This document shows, in pieces, positions 1 through 9,767 of a DNA stretch of 20,000 nt. Origin of the DNA: Chiloscyllium plagiosum (taxonomy: Eukaryota); contig NC_057719.1 in NCBI RefSeq assembly GCF_004010195.1, forward strand, positions 82,448,385 to 82,468,384, written 5' to 3'. The notes beneath the pieces were generated by a model, which searched no databases, was not told the DNA's origin, and worked only from the letters and a program-made list of their open reading frames with translations. The position numbers and the translations under genes were made by a program. Every line of letters begins with the position of its first letter. Within the stretch, counting starts at the first letter, position 1.

Positions 1-984
1 AGATTAGGGGCTCTTTTTCATGTTGGTGACCGGTGACCCAGTGGGGTTCCAAAGGGTCAATGCTGGGACTGCAACTGTTTACAATATATATTGATGATTT
101 GGAGGAAAGAAGTGAATATACTGTCGCCACATTTGCAGACAATATTTAGGTGGAAAGGCGGGTTATGAATGGGATACAGAGAGATATTGAGTGGGTAAGT
201 TAGTGGGCAAAAAGTTGACAAATGAAGTCTAATATTTGAAAATGCAAAGAATGTGGAAGGGAGAACAAAGAATAGAGTATTGTTTAAATGGATAACAAAA
301 CACAGAAAGTTAGCATATAGATGCAGCAGGTAATAATGAAGACTAATGGAATATTGGTGCTTATTTCAAGGAGGCCGCAGTATAAAAGTATAAGAAGTCT
401 TACTGTAAGTGTACAACTCCAGATTTGAGACCACATCTGGAGTTGTGTGTGCAGTTTGGACTTGTTATTTAAGGAAAGTTATCATTTCATTGGAGGTAAT
501 TCGGAGAAAATTTACTAGGATAATCCCTGGTATGGAGGGATTGTCTTATGAAACTCATAAGGTTGGGACTCATTGGAATTGAGAAGAACGAGAGGTGATC
601 TTATTGAAACATGTAGAATTCCTTAGGGGCTTGACAAGGTAAATGTTGAGAGGATGTTTCCCATCATGGGAGCATCTAGGACCGGAGGGAATAGTCTAAG
701 AATAGAGGTGTGTCAATTTAAGATTGAGATGAGGAGGAATTTCTTCTGTCGGACGGCTGCGTTCTTTGAAACTTCTTGCCACAGACAGCTGTAGAAGCAG
801 AATCTGTGTGTATATTCAAGGCTGAGGTAGATGGATTGTTAATAAGTCGAGGAATCTAGGGTAACAGGGAAAGGGCAGGAAAGTGGAAATGAAGAACGTC
901 GGATCAGCCATATTCAATTGTAAAGTGGAGCACGTTCAAGGAGCTGAACAGACTATTCATGTTCCTATTTGCTAGATCTTATGA
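1..984 (+). mobile_element. CR1-clade LINE, decayed 3' portion (RT C-terminal half and 3' UTR)
   Basis: Frameshifted RT motifs: GTGACCCAGTGGGGTTCCAAAGGGTCAATGCTGGGA (V-T-S-G-V-P-Q-G-S-V-L-G-like), TTTACAATATATATTGATGATTTG (FTIYIDDL), TTTGCAGAC (FAD), AGAGGTGATCTTATTGAA (RGDLIE). Ends in a CR1-type tail, CCTATTTGCTAGATCTTATG. Confidence 0.9.
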
Positions 985-1104
985 TTACTGTTTTATTCTA
1001 TAGAGTGCACATCAGAGCATAAATATTGGTGAGAGATGTGGCACAGATAAATATGAGGCAGCAGAAGAGCAGAACATTGCACCCAATCTGGCAGAGAGGG
1101 GACG

Positions 1105-1280
1105 ACCACTGACCTTCTTACTGCATGGAGACGGCACTGGCCCAGGTGGCGATCTCAAACCATGGTCTGGTGCTGAGGGTTCCTCTGCAGGTCCTCTGGG
1201 AAGATAACTCCTCTACTCTTGACAACTGCATCCACAAGGGCCTCGGGTCCTTCTTGGAGAAATATGGTGTCAGCGTGTCC
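1105..1280 (-). mobile_element. Degenerate Myb/SANT-like DNA-binding ORF, probably a PIF/Harbinger accessory-gene relic
   Basis: Joining frames across frameshifts gives PYFSKKD/PEALVDAVVKSRGVIFPEDLQRNPQHQT/RPWFEIATWASAVS../CSKKV. This matches the F-S-x-x-D/E...L-V...W-x-x-I-A-x-x-V-x-A...C-x-K-K pattern of NAIF1/MSANTD/Harbinger Myb proteins. Confidence 0.55.
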
Positions 1281-2384
1281 TGGGAAGAAAGACACTGACT
1301 TTCCACCCATGGGGAGAAAGTTACTCTTTAGCAGAATTGAAAGTGGCAAAAGACTTTAAACAGAAGGTGGATGTAGCATTTACCCTATCATAATCCATAG
1401 ACTACTGTGCAATTGTTTGGAAATGGTCATCGAGTGGGAGTACAATAAATGGGCATCACAGCTGTAAACTTCTGCTCAACACTGTCTCCCGATTTCACAA
1501 ACATCACTCCCCTGCACATCCACATCAACCAGTGAAACGCCATAGGCTGATTCAAATCATCCATGCTACATCTCATTTATCCACTCCTCAACAACCTGTT
1601 CAACTCACCTACTGCCTTCCTTCCTTCTTGGTGCCTCATATGAGCAGCCTTCCTGAGTAAGTGGATGTCCTTTAGTTCAAGGAAACAGGGGAACTCACTG
1701 ATAGTGACTAATCCCATTTGTCGAATGACAGGTTTGAACTACCACGATGAAAGAGGTCCTTGTCGAATGGGTCAAGGACAATATAGAATCAGACAATGAG
1801 GCTGTGCTTCTGGAGAGAAGAATGAAGTGATTTGGGTTGCCAGGAAGTAGAGAATAATCTCCTGCCCCTGTGCAGCCAACCTCCATCGCTGGGGCCTCAG
1901 TACAAATATGATACATGGTGGTGGACAGACACAAACAATAGTGCACGCTCCCAAGCAGTGTCCCTCAAAGTAGCAGACTAACTTAGCAAATGAGGTGGTG
2001 ATTGCTTGTCTCTGGGGATTTGCATTTGCTAAACAATTAAAGAAGTAGGGAATCATATGGAAGGGTACATTCAAATAAAACAGAATGTTCAGGTGAGTTA
2101 GGAGACAGCAGATTAAATCATTAAAATAACAGTGATTCCCACACTGAGCTAGTCATAATGTCTCATGATTGCTATCTGGTTCGTGTACTTTGGAGGGAGT
2201 AGTCAGGATGCAACCAGCACAGAGGTTCATCACCCTACAGACATTACAGGGACCACAAAAGGAGTGAGTTAGGGCTGCAGACATTGTTGTGAATGAACAG
2301 AGTTGCTTTAAAGCTAGCAGTGGCGAACAGATCATTTGAAGTTATGCTGGTGCAATTGTGCAGGCAGGAGGATTTAAACTCTTT

Positions 2385-2850
2385 GCTTTATTTTATTCAG
2401 AAGATGTGGGTCCAGCAATTATTGGCCAACTTTAGTTGCCCTTGAGGTGGGAGTGGAAAGCTGCCTTCTTGATCTGCTGCAGTTCATTGAGTGTAGATAT
2501 ACCCACAGTGCTGAGTCCCAGGATTTTGACCCAGTGGCACTGAAGGAACAGTGATATATTTCCAAGTCAGATGAAGAATGAGTTAGAGGGGATCTTACAG
2601 GTGCTGGTATTTTCATGTATTTGCTGCCCTTGTCCTTCTTGATGGTAGTGGCTGTCGGTTTGGAAGTTACTATCAAAGGAATAGTGAATTTTTCCAGTGT
2701 ATCTTGTAGATTACATAAATTGTCCTATTGAGTATCAGTGTAGGAGGAAGTGAATGTTTGAGGATTTGGTGCTAATCAAGCAGGCTGCTTTATCCTGCTG
2801 CTTGAGTGTGGTTGGAGCTGCATGAATCCAGCCAAGTGGATAGTATTGCC
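2385..2850 (-). mobile_element. 3' fragment of a CR1/L2-group LINE (second family, distinct from the CR1 at 1-984)
   Basis: The minus strand reads ..YPLGWIHAAPTTLKQ..QDKAACLI.., a post-RT region, followed by a 3' UTR ending in GAATAAAATAAA. Same family as 15390-16375. Confidence 0.7.
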
Positions 2851-2969
2851 AATGTTTGCCAAACTGCCCTGTATTCTGTGGGCTCACAGCTTCTTAATCA
2901 ATCTGCCAAACTTGTCAAGATCTTGTCAAAGGCCTACCCTCATCTACACAGTTAGTCACCTCTTTGTAA

Positions 2970-3328
2970 ATCACATGCATTTGGAAAAGCAAGGACTGAT
3001 TAGGCATTATCAGCATAGCTTTTGGCATTGGTGATCGTGTCTCACAAATTTGATTTTTTTTAAGAGGTTACCAAGAAGACAGATGAAGGAACAGCAGTTG
3101 ACATTGTCTACATGGATTTTAGTAAGGCCTTTGACAAGATCCCACATGGTAGACTAGTTAGTAAGGTCACACGAGATCCAGGGAGAGATAAAATGTGGAG
3201 CTGGAAAAAGCACAGCAGGACAGTCGATGTTTCAGGCAGGACCCTTCATCAGGATTTCCAGCATCTGCAGTCCTCACTATTTCCAGGGAGAGATAGCCAA
3301 TTGAATACAAAAGTAGCTTAATGGTAGA
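2970..3328 (+). mobile_element. CR1 LINE RT N-terminal fragment, interrupted at 3191-3281
   Basis: HLEKQGLIRHYQHSF..SCLTNLI..VDIVYMDFSKAFDKIPHGRLVSKV. Confidence 0.9.
3191..3281 (-). mobile_element. 91-bp PLE terminal-repeat mini-insertion with hammerhead core and 14-bp TSD
   Basis: TCCAGGGAGAGATA is repeated exactly at 3177-3190 and 3282-3295. The minus strand reads CTGATGA-AGGGTCCTGCCT-GAAAC-ATC (3252-3226). Confidence 0.85.
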
Positions 3329-4703
3329 AGTTAAAAATCACACAACACCAAGTTTATAGTCCAACAGGTTTTTTTTGGAAGCATTAGCACTCCATCAGGT
3401 GGTTGTGGAGAATAACACCATAACACACAGAATTTATAGCAAAAGGTTACAGTGTCATGCAACTGAAATGATATATTGAACAACCTGGATTGTTGTTAAG
3501 TCTTTCATCTATTAGAATGGGTTGCAGGTTTCGGTTCATTAATACGTAAATCCCAGAACTTCTTTTAAGTCACCTTCTCAAGATAACTTAAGATTTTATA
3601 GCAAATGACAACTCAGCTCAGACAATGCTTTAAAGATGTTGGGTCTGGCTATATCCCAATCTTGAGTCAGACTGGTTCTATTTCCAAAGCAGTATTTACA
3701 AAATATTACATGTATTGACTGCCTGCAGATTATGTATTTTTGTGCAAAATAGAATGTATCTGAAAATATAATTCTAAAAAATACAAATTCACCCCATAGA
3801 CTTATATGTGTGTGCGTGTGCATAAGAGAGTAAGTGTGTACGTGTGAGTACACTTGAGTGTGTGTTTGCATGTGTGAAAGCTTGGTAAGGTGTGTGTTTG
3901 GGTATGATGGAGTATAAGCCTGTGACAGAGTCTGTGCATGGGTGTGAGTGTGGGGGTGTATGTGTGTGTGCAAGAGAGAGAGTGTATATGAGAAAGGGTC
4001 TACATGAGTGTGTGAGTATGTCAGCGTAGGTGTGTGTGGGAGAAAGTGCACAGTGTAGTGAGGTCACCTGTAGTGTGACATGAACCCAAGATCCCGGTTG
4101 AGGCCATCCTCACGGGTACTAAACTTGGCCATCAGCCTCTGCTCGGCCACTTTGTGTTGTTGCCTACCCCAAAGTCCGCCTTGGAGGATGGTCACTCGAA
4201 GATCCGAGGCCAAATGTCCCTGACTGCTGAAGTGTTCCCCAAGTGGGAGGGAACACCCCCTCTGGTGATTGTTGCGTGGTTTTCATTTAGCCGTTGTTGT
4301 TGCGTCTGATTGGTCTCGCCAATGTACCATGCCTAGGTGCATCCTTGCCAACAGCGTATGAGACAAACAACGTTGGCTGAGTCACGAGTACCTGGCATGT
4401 ACACGGGTGGTGTTCCCAAGGGTAATAGTGGCATCCGTGTCGACACTCTGACGTTTTGCAGTGGTTGCCATGACAGGGTTGTATGGTGTTGTGGTCAATG
4501 TTGTCCTGAAGGCTGAGCAGTTTGCTGCGAATGATCATCTGTTTAAGGCTTGGCAGTTCTTTAAAGGTGAGAAGTGGAGGCGTAGGGAAGGTCTTGGCGA
4601 GATGCTCATCCTCATCGATAATGTGCTGCAGGCTGCAAAGAGCATTGTGTAGTTTTTCCACTCATGGGAAGTACTGGACAATGAAGGGTACCCTGTTGGT
4701 TGC
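3329..4703 (-). mobile_element. Penelope-like element, family A: GIY-YIG C-terminus, 3' UTR with decayed (CA)n tract, and terminal repeat
   Basis: Minus-strand frames give RVPFIVQYFP..KLH, ANVVCLIRCWQGCT*AWYIGET, LGEHFSSQGH and QRLMAKFSTREDGLNRDLGFMSHYR. The terminal repeat AAATCACACAACACCAAG..TATAGTCCAACAGG lies at 3336-3400 with its hammerhead core largely deleted. Confidence 0.9.
3805..4060. repeat. Degenerate (TG/CA)n microsatellite inside the PLE 3' UTR
   Basis: Long GT-rich runs. These explain the spurious His/Thr-rich ORFs 3596-4051 and 3789-4067. Confidence 0.85.
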
Positions 4704-6300
4704 AATGGGAATGGGGATGAAGGTAGCTGAGAGTGCGATAGGTGGATGAAGGTGTAGGTGAAGGTGATAGGTCGGAGAGGAAGGTGGAGCAGATAGGTGG
4801 GAAGGAAGATGGATAGGTAGGACAGGTCATGAGGCCGATGCCAATTTGGAAGGTTGGATCTGGGATAAGGTGGAGGAAGGGGAACTGTGGGAACTGGTGA
4901 AATCCACATTGATCCCACGTGGTTGGAGCGTCCCAAAGCGGAAGATGAGGCGTTCTTCCTCCAGGCATCAGGTGGTTAGAGTTGAAGATGGAGGAGCCCA
5001 GGACCTGCATATCCTTGGCAGAGTGGGAGGAGGAGTTAAAGTGTTTGGCCATGGGGCAGTGGGGTTGGTTGGTGCAGGTTTCCCAGAGATGTTCTCTGAA
5101 GCATTCTGCAAGTAGGTGTCCTGTCTCCCTAATGTAGAGGAGACCGCATTGGAAGCAACGGATATAGTAAATGAGATGTGTGGAGGTGCAGGTAAAATTC
5201 TGATAGATGTGGAAAGCTCCTTTGGGGCCTTGGACGGAGGTGAGGGGAGGGGGGTGGGCAGACGTTTTGCAATTCCTGCAGTGGCAGGGGAAGGTGCCGG
5301 GATGGGAGGATGGGTTGATGGGGCGGCTTGGACCTGACAAGAGAACCTCGGAGGGAATGGTTTTTATGGAAAGCGGATAGGGCAGGGGAAGGAAATATAT
5401 CTCTGGTGGTGGGATCGCTGTGTAACTGGCGGAAATGGCAATGGATGATGCAATGTATATGGAGATTGGTGGAGTGGAAGGTGAGGACCAGAGGATTCTG
5501 CCCTTGTTGCAGTTGGAGGGATGGAGTTCAAGGGCAGAGATGCAGAAAGTGCATAAGATGCGCTGGAGGGCATCATCGACCATGTGGGATGGGAAATTGC
5601 AGTCTTTGAAGGAGGCGGCCATCTGGTGTGTTCTGTGGTGGAACTGGTCCGCCTGAGAGCAGATGCAGTGGAGGCGGGGAAATTGGGAATAAGGGATAGC
5701 GTTTTTACAGGTGCCAGAGTGAGAGGAGGTGTAGTCCAGATAGCTGTGGGAGTCGGTGGATTTGTAGAACATGTCTGTGTTGAGTCGGTCACTATTGATG
5801 GATATAGAGAGGTCCAGGAAGGGGAGGGAGGTGACTGAGATGGTCCATGTGAACTTAAGGTCGGGGTGGAATGTGTTGGTGAAATTGATGAACTGTTCAG
5901 CCTCCTGGTGGGAGCACGGGTTGGTGCTGATACAGTCATCAAAATACCGGAAGAAAAGGTGGGGAATGGTGCCTGTCTAACTGCGAAAGGTGGACTGTTC
6001 CAAGTAACTGACAAAGAGACAGGCATAGCTGGGGCCCATGCGGGTGCCCAAGGCTACCCCTTTGGTCGGGAAGAAGTGGGAGGATTCAAAGGAGAAATTA
6101 TTGAGGGTGAGGACCAGTTCAGCCAAACGAATGTGTGCATCAATGCAGGGGTACTGTTGGGGACGCCAGGAGAGGAAGAAACGGAGGGCTTGGAGGCCTT
6201 AAATCATGGTGGATGGATGTGTACAGGGATCGGAGGTCCATGGTGAAGATGAGGCATTGGGGACCAGGGAAATTAAAGTCTTGCAGGAGGTGGAGAGCAT
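4704..6300 (-). mobile_element. Penelope-like element, family B (Neptune-like): RT core plus GIY-YIG endonuclease, frameshifted
   Basis: MGPSYACLFVSYLEQ..FRYFDDC (RT catalytic DD), YKSTDSHSYLDYTSSH..KNAIPYSQF, Cys-rich linker FPCHCRNCK, FTCTSTHLIYYIRCFQCGLLYIRETG..FREH (GIY-YIG). Confidence 0.92.
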
Positions 6301-6826
6301 GTTGTGGCTGCACAAGATATTGGTGAGACCACTTTTAGAATATTGCAATTCTGCTGTTGGAAGGATGTTGTTAAATTAGAAAGGGTGCAGACAAAATGTA
6401 AAAGAACACTGCCAGGACTGTGGGGCTTGAATTATAAAGAGAGGCTTGGACTCCCTTTCCGCTGAAGTGTCACAGATTGAGGGGTGACCAAATAGACATG
6501 TATGAAATCATGAGGGAAAGAGATAAGGTGACTAGCCAAAGGTAGGCAAATCTAAAACTAGAGGGCATAGGTTTAAGGTGAGAGGGGAAAGATTTAAAAA
6601 GGACCTCGGGGCATTTTTTTCCCCACACAGAGCTGTCTATGTATGGAAGGGGAAATGGTAGAGACGGGTACAATCACAACATTTAAAAAAACATTTGGAC
6701 AGGTATGTTGACAGGAAAGGTGTAGAGAGATACAGACCAAACACAGGTAAATAGCACTAGATTAGTTTAGGATACGCGGTCAGCATGGATAGGTTAGGTC
6801 TGTTTCCACGAGATAGGTCTCTATGA
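6298..6826 (+). mobile_element. CR1 LINE 3' end (HER1-like)
   Basis: LVRPLLEYC..KDVVKLERVQ..LRGDQIDMYEIMR motifs. The tail is GGTCTGTTTCC..CTCTATGA. Confidence 0.88.
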
Positions 6827-6832
6827 ACCCAA

Positions 6833-7075
6833 ATTCAATCAAGCCTTTTTCCATGATCTTCCCTGACAAAACCGTGCTGACCGTCCTTGATTACTCCTTG
6901 CCTTTTCAAACCCTGATCACTTCTATCCTTCATAATATTTTCCAAGTTTCCCTACCAGACACTTAAGACTTAGTGTCCTGGTCTTTCCTGGTTTTTTTTT
7001 CCTCTTGCCACCTTGAATAACGGTACCACCTTAGCGTTCCTTCAGCCCTGTGGCCAGAGATGATTTGAAAATTAA
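6833..7075 (-). mobile_element. Old CR1 RT N-terminal fragment
   Basis: The minus strand gives decayed VVPLFK..KTRKDQD..LVGKL..GQHGFVREDH..LIEF, equivalent to the canonical PLFK..NYRPVSLTSVVGKL..SQHGF..CLTNLIEF. Confidence 0.65.
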
Positions 7076-7299
7076 CGTTTTGCCAGCTGCAGCACCAATA
7101 GCCTGGTCTAACAGGATAAAGTAAACTGTGTGTAGCTGTGACACGATTAAACACCATTCTCTCATGAGTTGGGGAAAGTAAACACGAAGATATGTGATTC
7201 CGATTTCCTGATGTCTTCGCGAAGGGTCACTAGATCAAAAACCGTAACTCCTTTTTTTCTCTCTGTCCACGGTTTCTCCAGCAACTTCCCCTTTTCATT

Positions 7300-7347
7300 T
7301 GTTGCTTCCACTTTTCCGGTGCCTCTCGTCCGGCCACCGAGGGCGAG
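7300..7347 (+). other. Candidate non-coding first exon (5' boundary uncertain)
   Basis: Consensus donor GAG|GTGAGT at 7345-7353 at the edge of the CpG island, preceded by a pyrimidine-rich CTTTTCCGG segment. Confidence 0.45.
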
Positions 7348-7353
7348 GTGAGT

Positions 7354-7531
7354 TTCCGGAAACAGCCGAGGCGCCGCCTGGCCGAGTTCCGGAATCAGCC
7401 GAGGCGCGACCAGTAATAGCCGAGGGTCGCCTGGTCGTGTTCCGGAATCAGCCGAGGCGCAACCGGAAATAGCCGAGGGTCGCCTGGTCGTGTTCCGAAA
7501 TCAGCCGAAGCGCAACCGGAAATAGCCGAGG
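7354..7531. repeat. 53-bp GC-rich tandem repeat (about 2.7 copies plus a 33-bp partial copy)
   Basis: The unit TTCCGGAATCAGCCGAGGCGCAACCGGAAATAGCCGAGGGTCGCCTGGTCGTG starts at 7387, 7440 and 7493. A shorter variant lies at 7354-7386. Confidence 0.93.
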
Positions 7532-8075
7532 ACAATGGATCCCCGGATATCGCCGAACACCGTAAGGAGGTCATGGCGGAAAAAAACGAAATTGCGACGT
7601 TAATAGAATCGGCTTGACTTGACTGGGGATTAAACAAAAACCTCCGGAGCGAGAACCGGAACCTCCTATATGTGTCACCATTCCGGGACAACTGCTTATT
7701 AACGGCAGGGAGCCGAGCATTAGAAGCTGGGAAACCCCGTACATCGCGGGTCACGTGATTCTCGCCGGCGACAGTTACCGAGCGCTGATTTGAATTTGCT
7801 CGGAGCTGGTTAAGAATTCGTTAATGCATTTTGTTTTGTCGATGAAACCGAGCCCCAAATAGCCACTGTATTTCGTGTTGTTTTCGATCATCAGTTTTGG
7901 GGAGGAGGACTCTCCCGCGCACGGGGCTGTGGCGCCCACGTGAGTCGCTCGAGCTCGGGGGTGGGGACCGATACGAGATGACGTACGACGTCTGATGTCA
8001 GGGAATCCCGCCAAAGTGACGTGGCAGCTTCGGATGTTGCAGTTTCCTGGTTTTGCCTGCTGTAGGCAACAGGCT

Positions 8076-8375
8076 GGCTCGGTACCAATTTGGGGGAAGT
8101 AGTGCAGTTCCTTAGTTTAGAGAAAGGGAAAAATGTTGCTCAGCACATAATTGGCGGTAGGAAAAGCAAATAGTGCAGTTCAATCTTATTTTGAGGAAGG
8201 GGAAAAAGTTTAATTTTGGAAAGGAATAGTGTAACTAAATCTAATTTTAGATGGGAGGGAAAGTACTGCAGCTCAGCACCGAATGGGGAAGAACAGTGCA
8301 GCTCAGTACCAAATGGGGTGGGGAGGAGTGTGGTAAGAGTGTACTTTAGCACCTATTGGAGGAATAATGCAGCAT
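8076..8375. repeat. Degenerate ~30-bp minisatellite
   Basis: Recurring GCTCAG(C/T)ACCAAATGGGGAAGNAGTGCA-like units, for example 8076-8110, 8269-8298 and 8299-8318. Confidence 0.6.
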
Positions 8376-8490
8376 AAGATGATCATAATCTGGTGCACAG
8401 GGCATAATCTCAACATTTGCAGATGCCACTATATTTTGAAGGTGTTCTAAACTGAGGAGGATAGTGATTGAGTGGAGGGCAGAGGCTGTT

Positions 8491-9352
8491 TAGAGTCATA
8501 GAGATGTACAGCACAGAAACAGACCCTTTGGTCCAACTTGTCCATGCTGACCTGATATCCTAAACAAATCTAGTCCCATTTACCAGCACTTGACCCATAA
8601 CCCTCTAAACCCTTCCTATTCTTGTACTCATCCACATGCCTTTTAAATGTTTGTAACTGTACCAGCATCCACTTTCTCTGGCAGCTCATTCCATAAACGC
8701 ACCACCCTTTGCGTGAAACAGTTGCCCCTTAGGTCCCTTTTAAATCTTTATCCTGTCACCTTAAATTTATGCTGTCGAGTTCTGGACTCCCCTACTCCAG
8801 AGAAAAGAGCTTGTCTATTTACTCTATCCATGCCCCTCAGGCTTTTATAAACCTCAATAAGGTCACCTTTCAGCCTCTGCTTCTCCAGGGAAAACAGCAC
8901 CAGCCTCTCTGTATAGCTCAAACTTTCCAACCCTGGCAACATCTTTGTAAATGCTTTCTGAACCCTTTCATGTTTCACAGTATCCTTCCTTATAGGAGTG
9001 AGACCAGAATTGCTCACAGATTCCAAAAGTGGTCTAACCAATATCCTGTACAGTCACTGCATGATCTCCCAACTCCTATACTCAATACTCTCACCAATAA
9101 AGGAAAGCATTCTAAATGCCTTCTTCACTATCCTATCTACCTGAGACTCCACTTTCAAGGAACTATGAACCTGCACTCCAAGGTCGCTGTTCAGCAACAC
9201 TCCCCAGGACCTTACTGTTAAGTGTATAAGTCCTGCCCTGATTTGACTTTCCAAAATGCAGCCCCTCACATTTATCTAAGTTAAACTCCATCGACCACTC
9301 CTTGGCCCGTTAGCCCATCTGATCAAGATCCCGTTTTATTCTGAGGTAACCT
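8491..9352 (-). mobile_element. CR1 LINE 3' portion (HER1-like)
   Basis: DLGVQVHSSLKVESQVDRIVKKAFRMLSFI..IEYRSWEIM and VRPLLE..ERVQKAFTKMLPGLESLSY..RLKGDLIEVYK. The tail CTCTATGACTCTA lies at the 8491 end. Confidence 0.92.
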
Positions 9353-9387
9353 TTGGCAGACTACGATTAATGCAGACGAATGTGAAA

Positions 9388-9574
9388 GGGAAACAAAGGA
9401 CTGGAGAAACTCAACAGATCTAACAGCATCTGGCGAGAGAAAAAGTTAATGCTTTGAGTCTGATATGACAGGATTTGAAATGATATTTCTGTTTCTGTTG
9501 TCGCTCAGTTTCTCCGTCATTTTCTGTTTTCTTTGCAGATTTACAGAATCTGCAGTATTTTGCTTTTGTATAGG
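9388..9574. mobile_element. Decayed self-inverted PLE terminal-repeat mini-element
   Basis: The left arm GGAGAAACTCAACAGATCTAACAGCATCTG and the right arm CAGTTTCTCC..CAGATTTACAGAATCTGCAGTATTTTGCTTTT are opposite orientations of the PLE terminal repeat. TGTGAAA is repeated at 9381-9387 and 9575-9581. Confidence 0.6.
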
Positions 9575-9767
9575 TGTGAAATGATGTATTTTGGTGGCAG
9601 GGATAAAAAGGCACAATGTGAAGTAAAGTATACAACTCTTCAGGAATTGCAAGAACATAGAATCTAGGGGATATGCAGAATTTATTGAAGGTAGCAGAAT
9701 AGAAAGCAGTCAGTAAGGCAATGGAATCTTAGGCTTTTATAAATAAAGGCTCTTCTGATAAGCCCTA

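Larger units (their letters stand above)
7300..8085. promoter_or_regulatory. CpG-island promoter of an unidentified host gene
   Basis: The only CpG-dense segment in an otherwise CpG-depleted window. It carries multiple CCGGAA (ETS), ATGGCGG 7573 (YY1-like), GGGAAACCCC 7729-7738 (NF-kB-like), TCACGTGA 7751-7758 (E-box), TTTGAA 7789-7794 (CHR-like), TGACGT 7979-7984, TCCCGCCAAA 8006-8015 (E2F, reverse strand) and TGACGTGG 8017-8024. Confidence 0.8.
8400..9750 (+). mobile_element. Old CR1 RT fragment split into three pieces (8400-8490, 9353-9387, 9575-9750) by younger insertions
   Basis: The pieces are collinear: IISTFADAT (FADD motif), WQ..INADECE, CEMMYFG, then ..KAMES/GILGFINKG. Confidence 0.6.

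Noticed and set aside
3596..4067. His/Thr-rich ORFs
   Set aside because: These are translations of a degenerate CA microsatellite.
4612..5772. 386-aa ORF as a functional gene
   Set aside because: It drifts in and out of the true PLE frame and crosses a junction between two elements. It is a chance open frame in a decayed retroelement.
7354..7531. CRISPR-like array
   Set aside because: The units are contiguous with no unique spacers, there are no cas genes, and the context is a vertebrate genome.
7573..7617. ATG in good Kozak context (MAEKNEIATLIESA*) as the gene start
   Set aside because: The frame stops after 14 codons with no convincing donor before the stop. At most it is a uORF or a YY1 site.
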